From: Azolla caroliniana | Taxonomy: Eukaryota > Plantae > Polypodiophyta | Assembly (NCBI GenBank): GCA_043228905.1 | Contig: JBHGNT010000008.1 | Span: 13,578,001-13,642,000, forward strand | Length of the DNA: 64,000 nt | Reading direction: 5' to 3' | In this document: one piece after another, positions 58,119 to 64,000 of the stretch | How positions within the stretch are numbered: the first letter of the stretch is position 1 | Layout of the letters: each line of letters begins with the position of its first letter | Translations under genes and position numbers: made by a program | The notes under the pieces: generated by a model | The model's input: the letters and a program-made list of their open reading frames with translations, nothing else | What the model was told of the DNA's origin: nothing | Databases searched by the model: none

Positions 58119-60400
58119 TGTTGGGAACACCGCCATCTAATGCGGAACATAATTGACCCTCTCTATTTGAAGATCATAAGATTATGTACAAATGAGAAAG
58201 ATCAATGGCAACATGAGCCGAAAACAAGATGCAACTAGTACGCAACATAGAGTTAGAGACAGGTAGGGACAATGTCCACGAAGTTTATTTCAACCTTTTA
58301 CAAAATGAGCAACCACACGTAACTAGGTTACAAGTCAGTTTATATACTGACTAACTTAGGGCAACTGCCCTTCTCACTATTTACATAAGTAGCCTAAGTG
58401 TAGTGTGTTCAAAAGATGATAGTGTGAATATGTCCATTAAAAACCCGTATTCAATACTCTCCCGTAATGGGCGTATACATCCAAAAGCTGTAATCCGAAA
58501 TGAATGTACAATACAAATTGATACAAGGTTTACGAACAGTCGAGAATTCGTTCGAGTCGGTGGACTCCGAAGAGCAGAAGGCCGGATTGGCCGAGTTCGG
58601 AGAGACTAAAGCCGAAGTTCGAACTATCCAGGTCTATTGTCCGAGAAATGTCCTGAGTGTCCAATTTAATCGGACTGATTCTTCATTACGCCCATTTGAT
58701 GCCGAAGGGATTGAAATCGATCCGCAATGTTATCGGTTGTAGGTACCTTCTCAAGGTCGATTTTCCCTGAAATGACACTATCCCGAACGAAATGATATTG
58801 AACATCGATATGCTTGGAGGCATTGTGATGAACCAGATTTTTCGACAAATCAATAGCACGCTGACGGTCACTATAAACAATTGGAGCCGAGCCAATTTCG
58901 GCTTGTCGAAACGTGCAGGCCAACCGACCGAGCCATAAGGCCTCTTTCACTGCATCGGATGTGGCTACGTATTCAGCCTCAGTAGTTGATGTGGCAATGC
59001 ACTCCTGAAGTTTCAATTTCCATGAGATCGCTCCATTGCCGAGTTTAAAACAATATCCGATTATCGATTTACGGTTGTCTATGCAACCTGCAAAGTCCGA
59101 GACGGTATATCCGACTACGTCTGAGATGTCATTCAGGCCGAATAGAATACCAAGATCTTTTGTGCCCACCAGATATAAACACATGCTTGACTGCGTTCCA
59201 GTGCGATCAATCGGGATTATGCATAAATCTGCTGACAACTCCAACGACGTGAGCGATATTAGGTCGTATCATGACCATCGTGTACATTAGCGAGCCAACT
59301 ACCGGTGCATACAGTACCGACTTCATAATTCCCCCCCCCCCCGTACCGGATGTCGGGCAGTCTCGCCGAGACAATAGAGTACTAATAGGGAGCTGGGTAG
59401 AGGCGGATTTTGCCGATTGCATGTTGAAGCGTTCTAGGACACGTCCAATGTAGCCGGATTGGGACAGAAACAATTGTCGTTGATCACGATTCCAACTTAT
59501 CTTCATACCAAGAATGTGTCGTGTCAGACTGAGATCCTTCATGGCAAACTTCAACCGCAGTTGTCCAACGAGTTCAGTGAGTTTGCCTGCATGGCGTCCA
59601 AAGATTAGCATGTCGTCCACATAGATGATGAGGAAGATGGGTGATCCATCTCGAGCTGTCTTCGTGAAGAGACAATGGTCCTCATCATTCTTTGAGAAGC
59701 CAATCGATTGGATGAATTCATTGAACTTCTTGTACCACTGTCGTGGCGCCTGTTTTAGGCCGTACAGACTCTTCCTGAGTCGGCAGACTAGATGTTCTTG
59801 GCTGGATGCCACAAAGCCTTTTGGCTGCTCCATATAAATTTCCTCCTCAAGATCACCATGGAGGAAACCCATTTTGACATCTCGCTAAATCGGCTCAAAA
59901 TTTTCGGCTACCACTATGATGGGCATTAATCGAAGGGTTGTCATTCTCACCACTAGCGAAAAAATTTCGCTGAAATCGATGCCATGTTCTTGTTGAAAAC
60001 CCTTTGCTACTAATCTGGCTTTGAATTTTGGGTTTGCTGAATCGAACGTCTCCTTAATTCGATAGACCCATTTGCATGAAAGAGCACATCAATTTTCCAG
60101 TAATTCGACCAAGTCCCAAGTTTTGTTTGCATGAATGGAGTTCATTTCGGACTCCATTGCCAGATGCCAGGTGGCTGAATCGGCTGACACCAATGCTTCT
60201 ACGTATGACGTCGGTTCTCTGGCATCCGTAAAGAAGATACTAGGAGAGTATCTCTTTGCGGGTTGCGACAGTCTCTCGAATCTTCGAGGTATGACTGGAC
60301 TAGTCGCATCGAGTGTCGTGGTTGGATGGTCCAATGCCGAACCGTTTGGTTGTGCCTAGTCGAAATTCTCCAAGTCGGTGTTAGAAGGTTCAGCTACCCA
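58119..60400 (-). mobile_element. Copia family D 3' portion (RT, RNase H, PPT, 3' LTR 58119-58456), degenerate
   Basis: LYGLKQAPRQW, IYVDDML and STTEAEYVA; minus strand ACGGGAGAG followed by TATTGAAT; LTR ends CCCAACA. Confidence 0.85.
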
Positions 60401-60573
60401 TGAAGTTTACCGTGTGTTGTGCGTTGGGCCTTCATGAAGGGTTGGCACAACAGAAAAAATTACCCTTCAGACTTTGATCAGTTTTTCGACCGATTGATGC
60501 ATAGCCGATTCATTGAACACGACGTCCGAACTTCGAACAATCTATCTGTGTTCGGGGTCCTAGAGTCGGTATC

Positions 60574-60653
60574 TGTCATGATATGGCAAGACTCGAACCC
60601 ATGACCTTATGGTATATGGGTCGAGCTCTTAACCATCACACCATCTATTGTAA
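60574..60653 (+). repeat. 5' fragment of the 62512-type LTR
   Basis: Near-identical to 62512-62591. Confidence 0.88.
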
Positions 60654-60669
60654 TTCAAGTGTAACTGTG

Positions 60670-62511
60670 AAATCGTCGATGAAGGAGACGAAATACCAAC
60701 TCCCAACGACACATATGAATGGATGAGATCAAGACGATTCCATCTCTAATTCTTCTCATTGGGGAATGGAAGCCTATGCTGCTTCTCGAGCTGGCACGCT
60801 TCATAGGTTTGGCCTTTCCATCCACTGAACTTCAGCAGTCCGGAAATTACGTGTTTTGACTGCAACTCTTGAAGGTTCCCGAAATTGATGTGGCTGATCT
60901 GTCGAGAATAAACATCCTCCCGTCTTCGCGCCCTTGCGCGATGACTTTGCCCTCTTCTTCGATGAAGCACCCAAGATGTGTGAACCGGACCTGGATCCAT
61001 TAGTCGACAATCTGGCCAACCAAAACAAGATTCTTTGTGATTGTCGGGATGTGTAGGACGTTCATCAACGCCCTTCTGCCCGACATGGCTAAGAGGGACC
61101 TCGCCGATGTGCTCAATGGTATGAGGAGTGTCGTCTCTAGTATGGACAACTCCCAGTTGCTCCGGTTTTTCCAGGAATGAAAACCACTCTTCGTGGTTCA
61201 TCATATGGTTCGATGCTCTGGAGTCAACATACCACACTTGCTTCGAACCATAAGTGATCTTCTTCATCAAGTTAGCCTTGTGTTTCATCACAAAGGTTGG
61301 GTTTGTTCCATTTCTGGAACTGGATCCTTCCAGTCCCTCCGTGTAGTGCGAGCTTTTCCGACTTCCTCCTCCAAGTTTGCCGGATCCAAATTTGTCCGAA
61401 TCGGCACACTTTTTCCAACATGCGCGATCTCTCTATGGCCCTTCCGGCCACAATACCAACATTCCGGTGCGGTCTTCTCTTGCCGGTTTCCATTGCTACT
61501 TTCACTCCCCCTGTTTCGGGAGGGTCTGAAACTATTGTTGGCACCATCCTTGTGCCTTCGGTTCAGCTCTTGTCAACCGCTTCCACCGCGTGCCGATCCA
61601 CCTCGTCCACCACGACCAGGGGCCAATCCGCCTCCGTGTACAACATCCTGTTGTCTGTGTGCATGCTTGTTGACACACCCACATGGTTCTCCTCTACTAG
61701 GACCATCGACTGTAAGTCGAAAAACGAGGGCGTATTCTCTCTTGTACAGACTACCATCTAGAATGCTCCGAACTTTGACACCAGGCCCCTGAGACAAACC
61801 TGCACCATCTCATCTTCCTCGACGGTTACGTTGACAGAGGCAAGTGAGTCGCAGATGTCTTTGATCCGGGCCGTATAATCGATCACCGACATGTCCTTCT
61901 GTCGGACATTGCTCAACTCCTGTCAGAGTTGCAGCTTCCGGGCCGTGGTGCTTGCAGCGAAGACCTTCTTCAAGTTTCCCCAAGCTTCCTTCGGCGTCTT
62001 GGCGTCCCAAATATGGCTCAACAACTGATCGCCGATACTGGATGCAAAGCATTACATACCTCTACTTGCCACTTGTTCCCAAGTCGGGAAGTCCCTCTGT
62101 GCCACATCAAGTGCCGTATCGTTAGCTCCGTCGACATAACTCCAGTGCCCGTGCAGGTACTGGTGCATCTTGTATAGACACAATTGACTCGTCCGGATAG
62201 CTAAAGAATATAGACACAAGTTTAATAGAAACCTTACACGGGAGAGAAGGAGAGAGCAGAACAATAAAGTTAATTCAAAATAATAACGCTCTATACATAG
62301 AATGTTCTCAGAGAGCACTTTTATAGAAGTCCTTATGGACTGATAGAAGTATTGACATGTACTTCAATGCTCATACGAGCGACTGACACCGACTCCCAAA
62401 AATATGCCTACGTACTAGGCTAGATCCGTAGACCTCTAACAGCCTACCAATTACAATCCGGTCCGTCTCTTCGATGCATCTTTTTGTTCTGGATACCGAT
62501 CCAGCTCTAGC
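60670..62511 (-). mobile_element. Degenerate copia family B 5' portion (LTR remnant, gag, protease, start of integrase)
   Basis: Collinear with 31450-33560 (RENTPSFFDLQSM, VWYVDSRASNHM, CEACQL-like); LTR-B-like sequence at about 62200-62510. Confidence 0.82.
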
Positions 62512-64000
62512 TATCATGATATGGCAAGACTCGAACCCATGACCTTATGGTATATGGGTGGAGCTCTTAACCATCACACTATCTATTGTAACTCATAGGA
62601 TATTATTTTCATTATAAGAAAGTAATGTATATTCCAGATTTCTCTGGAACATTCTTGAAGTTTCAGGATTACTCCTGACAACACTATAAAAGAAGGCACT
62701 AGGCATTATGTTGAACCAAATTGGTTCAACGCCAGTCTTAAGCCTCACAGCCGCTTTGTACTTATCTTTTCACATAATATATTAGCTGCTGTCATCATCT
62801 TTCTCTCTCTCTCATCCTCGCTATCTCTCTCTCTCTCCTCTTCTCACTTCCTCTCTCGGGAATCTTACGCAGTCCCGTCCTCTTAGTACTAATAGTACTA
62901 CACTTGTTAGTACTAATTCCATCTCTGCTTTAGTACTATTCCTCACAGTTTGAACCAATTTCTTCCTTTCCTCCAACCTACTTGTCGTTCTCCCTCATCC
63001 TCCTACCCTTTTCCCTATACTATGGCTACTATTAGCGCCCAAGAATATCAATCCGTTTTCTCCGAGTTATAGTGCCTAAAAGAAAAGTTTGTTGCCCTAG
63101 AACAAGAAAACCAACGGTTGATAGGGGATCTGCAACAAATCGCTCTCGAAAAACAACAAACGCAAAAACAACATGGGGAGTTAGAATTACGGGTACAACA
63201 ACTCGAAGCAGCGTTGCAACAACAAGGATCAAGTCCCCAAGGATTTCATAAAGAGCCCAAGATTGGACTTCCTGTGAAATTTGATGGAACGGGATCGCAA
63301 TTCTGGGGATTCCTTAATCAGGTACGCTTAGTCATCCAGATGCATCCTTCCCGATATCCCACTGATGCATCTCGAGTCGGCCTAATAGGCACGTTACTTA
63401 GCGGCTCCGCCTTGGCATGGTTCGTTCCGCTTCTAGAAAAACAATCACCCTTGCTTAATAACTTTGAAGATTTTATTGGTGAGTTTAAAGCCTGCTTTGG
63501 AGATACCGACAGCATCAGGATGGCGATCAACAAGATCCGAAGATTGCGTCAAGGCGATCGTCCAGCCTCTGCCTACGCGGCAGATTTCCGTCTACTCGCC
63601 TCAGATATTCCCTGGGATGATCAGGCCCTCATGGATCAGTTTCGCTACGGCTTGCGCAATGATGTCAAAGATCTGCTTTTAACCTTCCCCGAAGAACCAA
63701 AGTCTCTTACGGAGGCAATCAGTCGAGCGGTCCGATGCGACAACCGCCTTTTCGAACGGCGTTCGGAGCGTCAATTACAAATACCACGCTCTCGGCCGGA
63801 ACCCACATACGCCTCAGTCACGGCTAAACCGTTTGCACGTGATGTACCCCAAGCCAATATTCCGACACCGATGGAGATCGACACCATGCGTCGACGCGGC
63901 CCGTTATCGGAAGAAGAAAAGCAACGACGACGTGCCAATTGATTATGTCTTTATTGCGGTGGACCAGGGCATATCGCCATCAATTGTCCCCATAAGCCAA
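62512..64000 (+). mobile_element. Tcn1/Tf1-sushi-like chromovirus: 5' LTR (62512-62947) and gag, running off the window
   Basis: gag EPKIGLPVKFDG..LLSGSALAWF..LRQGDRPASAYAADF..FRYGL..PTPMEID..LCLYCGGPGHIAINCP; no tRNA PBS but a self-complementary site at 62950-62961. Confidence 0.88.

Noticed and set aside
63118-63942. Domesticated PEG10/RTL-like gene
   Set aside because: It follows an LTR directly, has an upstream frame disruption and a stop before the zinc knuckle; ordinary chromovirus gag

Overview
Eukaryotic DNA, most likely from a non-seed land plant (bryophyte, lycophyte or fern; inferred from the mix of elements). It is almost entirely a nested stack of retrotransposons: at least four Ty1/copia families, several Ty3/gypsy lineages, two L1-type LINEs and several solo LTRs with clean TSDs. 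The only intact host gene seen is an intronless PR-1 (CAP family) gene at 36974-37498 (-). The most notable item is not visible as a single ORF: a five-exon pseudogene at about 46113-48607 (+) encoding a prokaryote-type beta-class N6-adenine/N4-cytosine DNA methyltransferase with a long N-terminal extension, split by a solo LTR. Other oddities: a gypsy element with a tRNA-3'-end-like sequence where the polypurine tract should be; a tRNA-Trp-primed, fungal-like gypsy lineage with 4-bp CpG-centred targets; outward-facing tRNA-like A/B boxes in several LTR families; and a Tf1-style self-priming LTR. All calls were made by eye and no database searches were run.
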